From IMG/VR virus record IMGVR_UViG_2747842506_000001, positions 1-64,000 of that record: a stretch of DNA of 64,000 bases; one strand, given 5' to 3'. The position numbers and the translations under genes are program-made. This DNA is from a virus (taxonomy: Duplodnaviria > Caudoviricetes). The notes beneath the pieces were generated by a model. That model worked only from the letters and a program-made list of their open reading frames with translations. It did not search any database and had not been told where the DNA came from. Positions 1 to 9,949 of the stretch are shown here, one piece after another (the stretch's first letter is position 1; each line of letters starts with the position of its first letter).

Positions 1-1077
1 TTGAAGAGATCTATCATTTTTGCATTGTTTTTTGCCGTTGCATTCGGTTTTTCACAAGAAACTCTGTCCGTTTATAAAAAGGTTGGCGGTACCGTAGACG
101 AAAGTACCCCCGCAGCAACCCTCCAGCTTAATGACTGGATCAAGGAACTGCCCATTCCCCAGGATTCCGTAAAAAAGACCAAGATTGTCAAGGAAAAGGT
201 GGAAGTCAAGGACAAGAAGGGCAATGTCAAGAAAGACAAGAAGGGACGCCCCAAGATGAAGACCGTCAAGAAGAAGGTGGTCTATTATGAAAAGGTAACT
301 CCCTCTGAACCGCCCCGTTTCGTTCCCATCGATTGTAAGTATGGTGCCCTCTGGGTCAAGCGCGCCGACCTGGCCCGTTTCCAGCAGGCAGCCCAGGACC
401 TGAGTGGCGAGTACGCCTCCGCAACCGGTCGCGTTGTCCTCAAGAAGTCTCCTACGAACCCCAGACAGTTTACCTTTATCATCCAGAATGGCCCCGAATC
501 TGGTCGTGCCGAACTGGAAGCCAGCAATGTGGAAATGCGCGAAGCCGGCGGCCAGGGTCGCATGACCTATAGCGAAGAAGGCTGCACCGTTGACCTGGCA
601 ATCGCCAACCGTCGAGTGAAGGTGGCTCAACGTGGCTGCTCCGAATACAACGTGGGCAACTACACTCTCGAAGGCGAATACAACGACTTCAGGGGCATCC
701 GTCGCGTGGTCGAAACCTTCAACATGCCCGAACAGGCTTTCACCTACAAGTACTTCAAGTGGTGCGACAGCGGCTTTGATTCCTGCAAGGAAGAAAAGGA
801 TGAAAACGGAAAGGTGACCATCACCTGGAGTAAGGGCGGCAACGGCTTTATCGAACGTAAGGCTGGCGAAGAAGTCCATACCTATCGTCCCTTCGAACAC
901 GTGATTCCCCACAAGCGCGACTACTTCAAGGGTGAAAAGCCCGTAGCCATCAAGACCAAGCGCACCGATATTAGCGGTGAATGGTGGATCTGGTACTTCT
1001 ACCCCAAGGCTGAACGATTCAGGATGGTTCGTGCCGGCATGCGTGAAGACATCGCCCAGATGGAAATCTACGAGTAA
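1..1077 (+). CDS. Exported hypothetical protein (host)
   Basis: 358-aa ORF, N-terminal signal peptide (MKRSIIFALFFAVAFGFSQ), Lys-rich insert, host-like codon usage. Confidence 0.8.
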   Translation: MKRSIIFALFFAVAFGFSQETLSVYKKVGGTVDESTPAATLQLNDWIKELPIPQDSVKKTKIVKEKVEVKDKKGNVKKDKKGRPKMKTVKKKVVYYEKVTPSEPPRFVPIDCKYGALWVKRADLARFQQAAQDLSGEYASATGRVVLKKSPTNPRQFTFIIQNGPESGRAELEASNVEMREAGGQGRMTYSEEGCTVDLAIANRRVKVAQRGCSEYNVGNYTLEGEYNDFRGIRRVVETFNMPEQAFTYKYFKWCDSGFDSCKEEKDENGKVTITWSKGGNGFIERKAGEEVHTYRPFEHVIPHKRDYFKGEKPVAIKTKRTDISGEWWIWYFYPKAERFRMVRAGMREDIAQMEIYE

Positions 1078-1104
1078 TTACAGCAGGTCAGACACTCTAA
1101 CTTT

Positions 1105-1557
1105 ATGAACAAGGTTATAGAACAGTCCCGCATTCTATTTCTGGATACAAGCGCAGTTGTCCGCCTGCTCCAGATGCATCCGGACTTCTATCCTGTCGTT
1201 TCGTCGGTGCTGGACTATGCTTACGAAAAGAACATCACGATTCTGACTTCTAGCGTCACCCTGTTCGAACTTTCCCGCAAGGCCTGTGTGGCAGGGGAGG
1301 GCGTTCTTGCCCGCCAGTACCGTGAGTTCTTTGAACATTCCCAGAACGTTAAACTCTGTGACGTGAATGGTGAAATCGCGGTGAAGGCTGCAGAACTTTT
1401 TGCATCTGCCAATCGTACAAACCACAAGCTTTCCGAAGAAGATTCCCTGCGACTGGCCACAGCATTCGTGAACGGAGCGGATTGCATCCTTACCGAGAAT
1501 GTGAACTTTGCGAACTCTACGGATATACCCGTGGTAACGCTGGAAGAAGTTTTATAA
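1105..1557 (+). CDS. PIN-domain (VapC-like) protein (host)
   Basis: LFLDTSAVV N-terminal motif, TLFEL, EDSLRLATA...DCILTEN acidic PIN motifs. Confidence 0.8.
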   Translation: MNKVIEQSRILFLDTSAVVRLLQMHPDFYPVVSSVLDYAYEKNITILTSSVTLFELSRKACVAGEGVLARQYREFFEHSQNVKLCDVNGEIAVKAAELFASANRTNHKLSEEDSLRLATAFVNGADCILTENVNFANSTDIPVVTLEEVL

Positions 1558-1590
1558 TTATATTTGCGCCCGACAAAAGAAGGACTCGAT

Positions 1591-2148
1591 ATGGCAAATG
1601 AATATAAGATGCAAATGAACCTGACGTCTCGTCTGGACAAGTATTCCCTGAAGCTGCAGCAGCTCATGGTGAAGTCTAAGTTCACCCTCAAGGCTATGGA
1701 ATACGGCGCAACCCACGGCATGCTCCGCGACCTGATCAAGTACGGTGTCGAAATTGATGGTGCATTCAACAGCGTTGGTGACTTCTGCTTTTCTAAGACC
1801 ACCTTGCCTTTGGAAGAATACGCCCTGGACATGACTGTTCAGTTTGATGCAGTGACTCTCAATGCCCGCCTGATGAGCATCAACATCTCTACCAAGCGCG
1901 TTAAGGATGGCAACACTGAAACGGAATATTCCTTCAACTTCGAAAAGGATGCAGACAAGGATGACTTCGACCTGGTAATCCCTTACTTCAAGGTCAAGGA
2001 AGCCGAAGAAGAAGACGATCCCAACAAGGTTGAAATGGGCGGCCTCCAGGATCTGGTCTCTGAATTGGAAGGCGGTGGAAAGGGCAAGTTCAAGAAAAAG
2101 AAGAAGCGCCCCTTTATCTACTACGATACATACTTCACCATTGAGTAA
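1591..2148 (+). CDS. Hypothetical protein (last host gene before integrase)
   Basis: ORF with host-like codon usage; ATG at 1591 after GAAGGA. Confidence 0.75.
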   Translation: MANEYKMQMNLTSRLDKYSLKLQQLMVKSKFTLKAMEYGATHGMLRDLIKYGVEIDGAFNSVGDFCFSKTTLPLEEYALDMTVQFDAVTLNARLMSINISTKRVKDGNTETEYSFNFEKDADKDDFDLVIPYFKVKEAEEEDDPNKVEMGGLQDLVSELEGGGKGKFKKKKKRPFIYYDTYFTIE

Positions 2149-2343
2149 TTTTGAATTGAGCCGCACTTTGTTAGTGTGGCTTTTTTCTACATTTTCTCTT
2201 GTAAATTTATTGGAGTTAATATGCCTAATTATGACTCCCATATCTACAAAAACCTACAAAAGCGTAAATAGCCCGTTTTTGAACAAAAAACGGCAATTCT
2301 ACCTCTTTGATTTCGTATCAGTAATGTTATCTTTGCATTAAAA

Positions 2344-2373
2344 GCGTCACTTGAGCGTCACTTCTGCGTCACT
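2344..2373 (+). repeat. Three direct repeats GCGTCACT with 11-bp period; probable integrase arm-type sites near attL
   Basis: gcgtcacttga gcgtcacttct gcgtcact, about 30 bp upstream of integrase start. Confidence 0.6.
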
Positions 2374-2405
2374 CGAAACGCGCTGATTAGACATTCGGAG
2401 AGGTC

Positions 2406-3494
2406 ATGACGAAGATTCGTGAAAAGGTTAATTTGCGCAAGCGCACCATGAGAAACGGGGGACAGTCCTTGTATCTTGACTGGTTTTTCCATGGCGCAAG
2501 ACAGAGGGAATTTCTTGGTCTTTATCTGGGAAAGGACAAAGTCCAGAATGCGACTACCATGCGCCTGGCCCAACAGCTCAAGGCGAAGAAAATGGAAGAG
2601 CTGATCGCGATGGAGGCTGGAATCCCCATCAAAAGATTTGAAGCCACCAATATCACGCTAAAAGATTATGCCGCCGAGGTATTGAAAGATTATGACAAGA
2701 AGAACACCGCCAACTCCATGAGGGTTTTTGTAAGAAAACTGCCGGAAAAGGTGGTTTTGGCGGCTGTCGATCGCGATATGTTTGCAAAGATACTGCGTGA
2801 CGGTTGGGGACACCTCAATGTCAATACACAGAACTTGGCGGCATCCTTTCTTCGACTCGTTTTGAAAAAAGCTCACAGGGCAAAGCTAATCAACGAGGTT
2901 CCTGATCTGGAAGGGCTTATTCCTGCGGCACGTCCCGGAAACAAGGTTTTCCTCACGATGGATGAATTGCGCCTGTTTATGAACGTGGAACCGCCCACCG
3001 TGAAAAAGAAAGTGGAAATGTCCAGGTTTAGGTGGAACATGACAAAGAACGCATTTCTGTTCAGCTGTTTCACAGGATTGCGTTATAGCGACATGAGAAA
3101 GATAACCTGGGGTGATATTCAAGATGGAATCCTGGTTCTAGTGCAGCAAAAGACCAGCGAACCCGTTCGCATTCCCTTATCGGCGAATGCCCTGGAATTT
3201 TTGCCGGAAAGAACGAAGGATATGAAGGATCGCGATTCTATATTCCCGTTGCCACTGACTACGTTCCATGCCGATCAGAAGGTCACAAAACTGTCTGAAA
3301 TGGCGGGAATTAAGAAGCACGTCACTTTCCATTGTGCGCGTCATACTTGTGCGACATTGATGCTTTCCTATGGCGCAGACTTGTTCACAGTCAGCAAGAT
3401 TTTGGGCCATACGGACATTAAGACTACCCAAATCTACACAAAGGTGCTGGATGAGGGCAAGCGCAAGGCTGTCGAACTGGTTCCCAAGATTTAG
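2406..3494 (+). CDS. int: Tyrosine recombinase / phage integrase
   Basis: N-terminal arm-binding region (SLYLDWF..RQREFLGL); catalytic TGLRYSD, HCARHT, ILGH, TTQIY. Confidence 0.95.
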   Translation: MTKIREKVNLRKRTMRNGGQSLYLDWFFHGARQREFLGLYLGKDKVQNATTMRLAQQLKAKKMEELIAMEAGIPIKRFEATNITLKDYAAEVLKDYDKKNTANSMRVFVRKLPEKVVLAAVDRDMFAKILRDGWGHLNVNTQNLAASFLRLVLKKAHRAKLINEVPDLEGLIPAARPGNKVFLTMDELRLFMNVEPPTVKKKVEMSRFRWNMTKNAFLFSCFTGLRYSDMRKITWGDIQDGILVLVQQKTSEPVRIPLSANALEFLPERTKDMKDRDSIFPLPLTTFHADQKVTKLSEMAGIKKHVTFHCARHTCATLMLSYGADLFTVSKILGHTDIKTTQIYTKVLDEGKRKAVELVPKI

Positions 3495-3513
3495 AACCTT
3501 GCGGAAATCGTGA

Positions 3514-3549
3514 AAGGGCTATAGACTATCCGTCTATGGCTCTTTTTTT
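3514..3549 (+). terminator. Intrinsic terminator after int
   Basis: aagggctatagac-tatcc-gtctatggctctt followed by T-run. Confidence 0.7.
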
Positions 3550-3675
3550 GTCTATTGAACAATAAAAATTGAAAGAAAATGAAAAATATTTGAATTTTTC
3601 TTGATTTACGTCTTGACACAGCTGTGCGGTTATGTAGATTTGTAGTGTACAAATGAGCAAATAAGGCTGGTTCAA

Positions 3676-3861
3676 ATGAATACAAGAAAGACAAATAAGG
3701 GCGAGTTTAGGTACTATAACGTCGCCTACAAGTTTAACGGGCAACCGAGAACCTGGAGCGTGACTGTTGACGTAGCCAGCAGCAAGAAGGCTGCTATTGA
3801 ATGGGTCAAACGCTACCTTGGCGGAACCGACCACAAGGCTCACCCGGCCTACATCATTTAG
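3676..3861 (+). CDS. Small phage hypothetical protein
   Basis: 61-aa ORF downstream of TTGACA..TAGATT promoter-like site (3613-3640). Confidence 0.55.
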   Translation: MNTRKTNKGEFRYYNVAYKFNGQPRTWSVTVDVASSKKAAIEWVKRYLGGTDHKAHPAYII

Positions 3862-3918
3862 GACCTGCTGATCGGCAGGCCTTTCTTTTAACCACAAACC
3901 CTAAAAAAAGAAAAAATC

Positions 3919-4242
3919 ATGAATAACGAAACCAAAAACACCGAAACCCAGATCGCAAACGTCTTTGACTGTTTGGCAATCACGAACGTGCAGGTTTTCC
4001 CCTTCAAGGAAGGCCCCAGCATGGGCCACATGAAGGGCCTTGCAACTGTTGTTTTCAATGACCAGCTCATGCTTCGTGGCTTGCGCATTATGGACGGTGA
4101 AAACGGTCTTTTTGTTGGCTATCCGAACGATCCGTTCTACAAGGGCGAGGATTTCCGCTGTATCGCCCAGCCCATTACCCGCCAGCTTCGTGAACACATC
4201 GAAAATTGCATCCTGGAAAAATACCAGGCCGCAATCGCTTAA
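3919..4242 (+). CDS. SpoVG-family nucleic-acid-binding protein
   Basis: ITNVQVF...KGLATVVFNDQLMLRGLRIMDGENGLFVGYP...CIAQPIT signature. Confidence 0.9.
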   Translation: MNNETKNTETQIANVFDCLAITNVQVFPFKEGPSMGHMKGLATVVFNDQLMLRGLRIMDGENGLFVGYPNDPFYKGEDFRCIAQPITRQLREHIENCILEKYQAAIA

Positions 4243-4273
4243 AAATCACCATTGAAAATAAGGATTCCAAACC

Positions 4274-4696
4274 ATGAGCTACAATTACCGCGACGCCATC
4301 AAAGAAGATTGTGAAACCGCCATCAAGGAATATCTGGATTACCATAAGGATGAAGTGAAGGGAATGTCGAAGGAAACGCTGACTGAAAAGTTCCATGACG
4401 CGTTCTGGATTGACGATTCCGTCACAGGCAATGCTTCCGGTTCCTATACCTTTTCCTCCTATGAAGCGGAACAGAATCTTGCTGGTAACTGGGACCTGCT
4501 TGGCGAAGCCATGAGCGAGTTCTGTTGCGAGTGTGACGCCATCGCGAAGGGCGCCGAATGGGCTGACGTGACGATCCGTTGCTATTTGCTGGACGAGGGA
4601 ATTGAAAAGGCCATGGAGGAACTGGAGGAATTGATCGACAGCGCGATTGAAGAATCCGAGGAATCCGAAGAAGAACTGGAGGAATCCGAGGCCTAG
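4274..4696 (+). CDS. Acidic phage hypothetical protein
   Basis: 140 aa, DSVTGNASGSYT motif, DVTIRCYLL, very Glu-rich tail. Confidence 0.8.
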   Translation: MSYNYRDAIKEDCETAIKEYLDYHKDEVKGMSKETLTEKFHDAFWIDDSVTGNASGSYTFSSYEAEQNLAGNWDLLGEAMSEFCCECDAIAKGAEWADVTIRCYLLDEGIEKAMEELEELIDSAIEESEESEEELEESEA

Positions 4697-4769
4697 TTTA
4701 AGGCTGTTCAGATTCCTCCTTTTTTATTACTTGAAAAACCTAATTAAGTTAGGTATTTTTAAACAGGGA

Positions 4770-5009
4770 ATGAAAATGGAAATTGAAGAAGTCAAGAAGG
4801 TGCTGCTCAAGGCGCTCTGGGGTTATGAGCAAAAATCGGTGGAACTTCGCAAGACCGCCGAGAACAGCTCCAGCGCGGAGTATCGCAAGTACCAGCGTGA
4901 GCTTTTGGGCGCCGTAGCGGTCCAGAAACAGACTGTAATCGAGATCGCGGCCGCATTTGGACTCAAGGCTGAATGGCAGGCGCGAGAATCCTGCTGGACC
5001 ATCAAATAA
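4770..5009 (+). CDS. Hypothetical protein
   Basis: In-frame ATG after AGGGA within the 4647-5009 ORF. Confidence 0.6.
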   Translation: MKMEIEEVKKVLLKALWGYEQKSVELRKTAENSSSAEYRKYQRELLGAVAVQKQTVIEIAAAFGLKAEWQARESCWTIK

Positions 5010-5039
5010 TCACCACCAAAATTTAAGGGACACCGAATT

Positions 5040-5417
5040 ATGAAAATCAAGGCATTTCTTATTGACGTGATTGGCGGAAACAGCCGCGTCGTTGAAATCG
5101 AAAACAAGCTGGAGGACTATTATCGCGAGCTTCACTGTGAACTGATTGACATCCAGTCGCGCAAGGTCGGCAAGAAGGTATTCGACATTATCTGTGATGA
5201 TGAGGGGCTGATGAAGGAAGATAACAAGATCAGCGCCATCGACAACCTGGGCGCGCCTATGTTTGTGGGCAACCTTCTTGTGGTGAACTGCAAGGATGGC
5301 GTGGAAACCGGACTTGAGGACGATGAAATCGAATACGTTCGCGAGCGAGTCCAGAAACTCTGTACCCGTAACTTTCCGGAAGGCTATGAAATGCTGACCC
5401 AGGTGGAATACTGCTAG
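5040..5417 (+). CDS. DUF3846-like phage protein
   Basis: LEDYY..L.C.LID...IICDDEGL..FVGNLLV..GL pattern. Confidence 0.7.
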   Translation: MKIKAFLIDVIGGNSRVVEIENKLEDYYRELHCELIDIQSRKVGKKVFDIICDDEGLMKEDNKISAIDNLGAPMFVGNLLVVNCKDGVETGLEDDEIEYVRERVQKLCTRNFPEGYEMLTQVEYC

Positions 5418-5426
5418 GAGGCGACC

Positions 5427-5600
5427 ATGGTAAAAGTTGGAGACATTATCAAGATCATTGAAATGCTTGGCGAACCACTTTATACGGGAAAGACTGGCGT
5501 CGTGGAACACATCGACAGCCTGGGCCAGCTGCATGGAAGCTGGGGTGGGCTGGCTGTTCAGCCCGAGAACGATCGTTTCGAGGTTATAGGCCACAAATGA
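5427..5600 (+). CDS. DUF4314-like small protein
   Basis: Manually translated: MVKVGDIIKIIEMLGEP..GKTGVVEHIDSLGQLHGSWGGLAVQPENDRFEV; RBS AGGAGG. Confidence 0.75.
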   Translation: MVKVGDIIKIIEMLGEPLYTGKTGVVEHIDSLGQLHGSWGGLAVQPENDRFEVIGHK

Positions 5601-6010
5601 CAGACCAGCTGGATTTCTTTTCGATACTTGACCGCGTAGAAATCCCCAACAGTGCAAAGCCATGGTGTAAATCGTGGCTTTGCGCCCTTACGAACGATGT
5701 GGGCGTCTATGTGACGAATGTTCACACCTACACGAAGGGCGAGGGCTACATGGCCTATTTGGAGCTTAAATGCGCGCTTCTCTATCCTTATGTCTATTAC
5801 GCCTGCAGCTTGCAGAACCGCATGGCTGGGCGTGGCTCGCCATTGACCCAGGACCCGGAATGCTGCTTTACGGTGTTCGACAATCTGGATCAGATTGAGG
5901 CCAAGGTGACGGACTATCTGGAGAAATGTTCATCCGGGTATGAGCTGAAACCTGGCTGGATAAAGTCTGTGGTTGCAGATATGTTGAAGGACATTCAGCA
6001 ACGGTCTTAA
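5597..6010 (+). CDS. Hypothetical protein
   Basis: 137-aa ORF, ATGA overlap with upstream gene. Confidence 0.7.
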   Translation: MTDQLDFFSILDRVEIPNSAKPWCKSWLCALTNDVGVYVTNVHTYTKGEGYMAYLELKCALLYPYVYYACSLQNRMAGRGSPLTQDPECCFTVFDNLDQIEAKVTDYLEKCSSGYELKPGWIKSVVADMLKDIQQRS

Positions 6011-6040
6011 AATGCTATCTTATCACAAAAGGAAAAATCA

Positions 6041-6319
6041 ATGTTTGAAGATTTCTGTACCTATTACAAGGGCGAGGAAAATTGTCCTTACGAGGCGGGG
6101 AAGGGTCATGCAGGCAAGTTCTGGGTGGCTGAAAATTTCGTCTGCAAGGAGTATGCACGGACTGTTGAAAAACAGACGGAGCTGGACTTCTTTAGGATGG
6201 TCTGCGCCTATATCGCGAAGTGGGCGCCCTATCAGTTTGTAGAACTGATTCGGGAGTACCTCAAGAACTCCAAGGCAAGCGAAGAAATTCGCATGAACGT
6301 CAGCAAGCTCTACTTCTAG
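6041..6319 (+). CDS. Hypothetical protein
   Basis: 92-aa ORF with RBS, C.YYKGE..CP motif. Confidence 0.7.
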   Translation: MFEDFCTYYKGEENCPYEAGKGHAGKFWVAENFVCKEYARTVEKQTELDFFRMVCAYIAKWAPYQFVELIREYLKNSKASEEIRMNVSKLYF

Positions 6320-6332
6320 CAGGGAGGCTCAA

Positions 6333-6488
6333 ATGACAGCTGGAGAACTAATCAAGGAACTTCAAAGGTTTCCCTCGAACTGGGTTGTTTTTTCACAAAA
6401 TGGAAATGGCGATTATCGCCAGGTCGAAAAGCTGGAAAAAGACGACAATTATGACGATCTGCTGATTGTCGCTGGCGACAGGGAATAA
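6333..6488 (+). CDS. Small phage protein (MTAGELIKELQRFP type)
   Basis: Manually translated 51 aa, RBS GGAGG. Confidence 0.6.
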   Translation: MTAGELIKELQRFPSNWVVFSQNGNGDYRQVEKLEKDDNYDDLLIVAGDRE

Positions 6489-6584
6489 GAATTTAAATCT
6501 ATAGACAGTTCTTCAAGGCTCCAAGGTTGCACAAATCTTGGAGTTTTTGTTATCTTGAAATTGAATCCTAAAGGGAAGCTGACC

Positions 6585-6845
6585 ATGAATTACAAAGACC
6601 TTGCTGCATCTGTTGAATTGACGGAATACTGCATGATCCATGATTATTCGATTACATGGTGCCGCTGGTTGGATAACATCATCTTTACCAGGTATTCCGA
6701 TGGATCGGAGTTTACGCCCAAGGCAGGCGCCACCGCAGCAAAGATTTTCAAGGTTGTTCAGGAGGCTAGGGGAAACAGTTCTCTCGATCCTTTGATTGGC
6801 TTTCTGGAACCTGTGAAACCCGCTTCATTGGATATAATTCTTTAG
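6585..6845 (+). CDS. Hypothetical protein
   Basis: ORF after terminator at about 6519-6548. Confidence 0.55.
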   Translation: MNYKDLAASVELTEYCMIHDYSITWCRWLDNIIFTRYSDGSEFTPKAGATAAKIFKVVQEARGNSSLDPLIGFLEPVKPASLDIIL

Positions 6846-6862
6846 AAGCTGTTGGACTTTTT

Positions 6863-7195
6863 ATGCAATGCCTTGAAAATTCCCTAAAAATCTTTGCTAA
6901 AACGGGTGCCGACATTGATTTGGAAACAGCGATGGCGCGCCTTTCGAACTTGACGCGTGACTATTACCGGGAAAAGAAATATCCTGGAAAAAGCGAAATT
7001 CGTGTTTTGGCAAACACCTTTGTCAAAGATTTGAAAATTGGGAAATGGCCTAATGTCTTGCAGGGTGAGTTCAATGATAACTTTCGTAGTAAGACTAAAG
7101 CCTTCCTGGAAAAGATTCATGGTGATGCCCACAAGGCTGCGGAAGCAATGCTGAAACAGTGCAAGGAAACTGTGGATAAGAATGTTCGTGGGTGA
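6863..7195 (+). CDS. Hypothetical protein
   Basis: 110-aa ORF. Confidence 0.6.
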   Translation: MQCLENSLKIFAKTGADIDLETAMARLSNLTRDYYREKKYPGKSEIRVLANTFVKDLKIGKWPNVLQGEFNDNFRSKTKAFLEKIHGDAHKAAEAMLKQCKETVDKNVRG

Positions 7196-7276
7196 TTTTT
7201 CGGTTGTTCCCTTGATGGAGTCTTTGAAACTAAAGCCTACGTTTTTGGATGTTATTCCGTAAATAAGAAGGAAAGA

Positions 7277-8744
7277 GGCTCTTCATCAACATGTGTGGGT
7301 GGCTTCGCCACCCTTTTTTGTTGACTTTCGCCTAAATTAAACAAAAAATGGGCTATTTTCTAAAATTTAATCGCAAAAAAAAACAGAAGAAAAAAGCCCA
7401 TGTCAAAATTATACAAATCCATCTTCAATGTCAACGGCTGTACTGTCGTCAAGCAGGAGCAAACCGACACCACGGTCACCATCACGGTAAGACTCACCAA
7501 GGGCAACGCCAGCAGGTGCGGCTGTTGCGGGCGAAAAGGGAAACTCTACGACAACGGCCGGGAACAGAGGATATGGCGGACGCTCGATCTCGGCACGAAA
7601 ATGGGCTTCATCAAGATGGACACCTACAGGGTGAAGTGCAGGAAGTGCGGCGTAAAAACCGTGAAGGTGCCGTGGGCAAGCCACAGGTCAGGCTTCACCG
7701 ACGCCTTCGAGCAGCAGGTCGCATGGGCCGTATGCAGCATGTCGAAAAAGGCTGTCGCAAAGCAGCTACGCATCGCCTGGAATACCGTGGGAGAAATCGC
7801 CGACCGCGTATGGGAACGCCTGGACACAAGGCCTATCAAGGCAGGCTGCATCTTCAGGCGCATAGGCATCGACGAGACCAGCTACAAGAAAGGGCACAAG
7901 TACATAACGGTGGTAGTGGATCACGACAGGCGCTGCGTGATCTGGGTGCACGAGGGCTACGGGAAGGAGGTGCTGGACATCTTCATGAGGGATCTCAGCG
8001 AAGAGCAGCGCAAGGGCGTGGAGCTTGTGACTTGTGATGGTGCCAAGTGGATAAGGTCAAGCATCGAGGAGTTCCTGCCCAATGCCGAGCGGTGCGTGGA
8101 CAGCTTCCATGTCGTACAGTGGGCGACAGATGCCCTGGACAAGGTCCGTGTGGAAGCCTGGAGGGAGGCCCGCAAGGAAAACCGCAATCCGAAACGGGGC
8201 CGAGGCAGGCCCACGAAGGACAGCGTCCCGAAGGACCGCACCGCGGAGGGGATAAAGAACTCCAGGTACGCTCTGGGCAAGGCTCCGGAAAACCTTAACG
8301 AAAGCCAGCAGAGAAAAATAGAGCTCATAGCCAGCCGCTATCCGCGTCTCTACAGGGCATACCAGCTCAAGGAGGAGCTGCGCATCATCCTGAAGATGGG
8401 CTATGCCGATGCCAGGGAAAATCTGGACAGGTGGCTGTGGCGGGCAAGTCACTCACGCATCGGCTCAGTAAAGGATCTGTACGCAAAGATCAAGCGCAAC
8501 TACGACGGAATCCTCAACACAATCAGGCTAGGCGTGTCAAACGCAAGGATCGAGGCGACGAACAACAAGATAAAGCTACTGATACGGACTGCCTATGGCT
8601 TCAGGAATATGAACAACATGCTGTCGCTGATAATGTTGAGCTGTTCCTATGTAGATGTAAAGATAGCCTACGAATGGGAATCGGAATCGAGAGAATCATC
8701 TAGCAAGGCTGCCTAAATGCTACCACACATATTGATGATGCCTC
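7277..8744 (+). mobile_element. ISL3-family IS, copy 1 (1468 bp)
   Basis: Ends GGCTCTTCATCAACATGTGTGG / CCACACATATTGATGATGCCTC; flanks ggaaaga / ggaaaaga (imperfect TSD). Confidence 0.95.
7400..8716 (+). CDS. ISL3 transposase
   Basis: zf-ISL3 CGCCG...CRKCG, IGIDE, DSFHVV, EATNNKIK..R.AYGFRN. Confidence 0.95.
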   Translation: MSKLYKSIFNVNGCTVVKQEQTDTTVTITVRLTKGNASRCGCCGRKGKLYDNGREQRIWRTLDLGTKMGFIKMDTYRVKCRKCGVKTVKVPWASHRSGFTDAFEQQVAWAVCSMSKKAVAKQLRIAWNTVGEIADRVWERLDTRPIKAGCIFRRIGIDETSYKKGHKYITVVVDHDRRCVIWVHEGYGKEVLDIFMRDLSEEQRKGVELVTCDGAKWIRSSIEEFLPNAERCVDSFHVVQWATDALDKVRVEAWREARKENRNPKRGRGRPTKDSVPKDRTAEGIKNSRYALGKAPENLNESQQRKIELIASRYPRLYRAYQLKEELRIILKMGYADARENLDRWLWRASHSRIGSVKDLYAKIKRNYDGILNTIRLGVSNARIEATNNKIKLLIRTAYGFRNMNNMLSLIMLSCSYVDVKIAYEWESESRESSSKAA

Positions 8745-8893
8745 GGAAAAGAACGTTTTTTTTGCAAAAAAAGACTAAATATATTTACGAATTTGGTCGC
8801 TTTCTGGTTGTATTGATGAAAAATGTTTATTTTTGATGTTTACATTTGAATAAAAATTTATTAGATTTGTAAAATAGAAAACGGAGACACATT

Positions 8894-9949
8894 ATGACTG
8901 ATATGGAAATTTTTATGACGAGGTTAAAGAGTGCCCGACTTATGAAGGGGTATTCTATGGAAGAACTTTGTGAAAAAATGACCCCCAAAGTGTCAAAAAT
9001 GACGATCTCTAAGTATGAAAGTGGCGCTATGCAGCCCAACAGCACTACGCTTCTTTCCATCGCGAAGGCGCTGGAACAGCCTATTGATTATTTCTTTCGT
9101 CCAATCACCTTCAAAATGGGTGCTGTCAAGTTCAGAAAAAAGGCTTCCGTAACTCAGAAAGAAATAAAGTCCATTGAAGAAACCATTATTGATAAAGTTG
9201 AACGTTACATCAATGTCGAGGAAATCTGCAACGAGGTTTCCGTTTCTGCGGAAGTAAAGAAATATCCGGTCGAAACAAAGGATGATGTAAAGAAAACTGC
9301 CCAGGAACTTAGACGGAAATGGAATCTGGGTATCGATGGAATCCCGAATGTTATTGACTTGCTTGAAGAACATGGCTACAAGGTCGTTGAAGTTGATGCT
9401 CCAGATATCTTTGACGGGTTGAGTAGCGCTGACGATGTTAAGCATCCGGTAATTGTCCTAAGGCGTTCTGAAAATGCGGAAAGAAAGCGTTTTACCGCCT
9501 TGCATGAACTTGGCCATTTGATCATGCGCTTTAAGGATGGAATCGAAACGAAGGAAGAAGAAGCTCTTTGCAATCTTTTTGCAAACGAAATGCTGATTCC
9601 GGAATCCGAAATGAAGCGCTTTCTCGGTGTTGCGCGAAAGAGCATTTCCTATAAGGAAGTGGCTCCGTTGCAAACCCGTTTCGGAATTTCCTATGATGCC
9701 CTGATGTACAAAGCCTGTGAATGTGGTGTGATTACGTCTCAATGTTATAAGTGGTACAATATCCACAAAAGCCAGGACCCAAGCTACAAACGTTTTGTAG
9801 AACAGTCCATTTGTCGCAAGGAAGAATCAAACCGCTTTACCAGCCTGGTCTATAAGGCGCTCTATAGCGAATTGATTACTATTTCCAAGGCGGCAAATCT
9901 GTTGCGCATCAACATTGAAGATGTAAGAGAGGATTACGCTCTCGCATGA
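8894..9949 (+). CDS. XRE-HTH / ImmA-IrrE (M78) zinc peptidase fusion; RmrA-like antitoxin or repressor
   Basis: N-terminal HTH (RLKSAR...SKYESG), RKRFTALHELGH, EE.LCNLFA.E.L.P. Confidence 0.9.
   Translation: MTDMEIFMTRLKSARLMKGYSMEELCEKMTPKVSKMTISKYESGAMQPNSTTLLSIAKALEQPIDYFFRPITFKMGAVKFRKKASVTQKEIKSIEETIIDKVERYINVEEICNEVSVSAEVKKYPVETKDDVKKTAQELRRKWNLGIDGIPNVIDLLEEHGYKVVEVDAPDIFDGLSSADDVKHPVIVLRRSENAERKRFTALHELGHLIMRFKDGIETKEEEALCNLFANEMLIPESEMKRFLGVARKSISYKEVAPLQTRFGISYDALMYKACECGVITSQCYKWYNIHKSQDPSYKRFVEQSICRKEESNRFTSLVYKALYSELITISKAANLLRINIEDVREDYALA

Noticed and set aside
7348-8037. 229-aa alternative-frame ORF in each ISL3 copy, and other IS-internal ORFs
   Set aside because: Overlaps the transposase; recurs only because the IS is repeated
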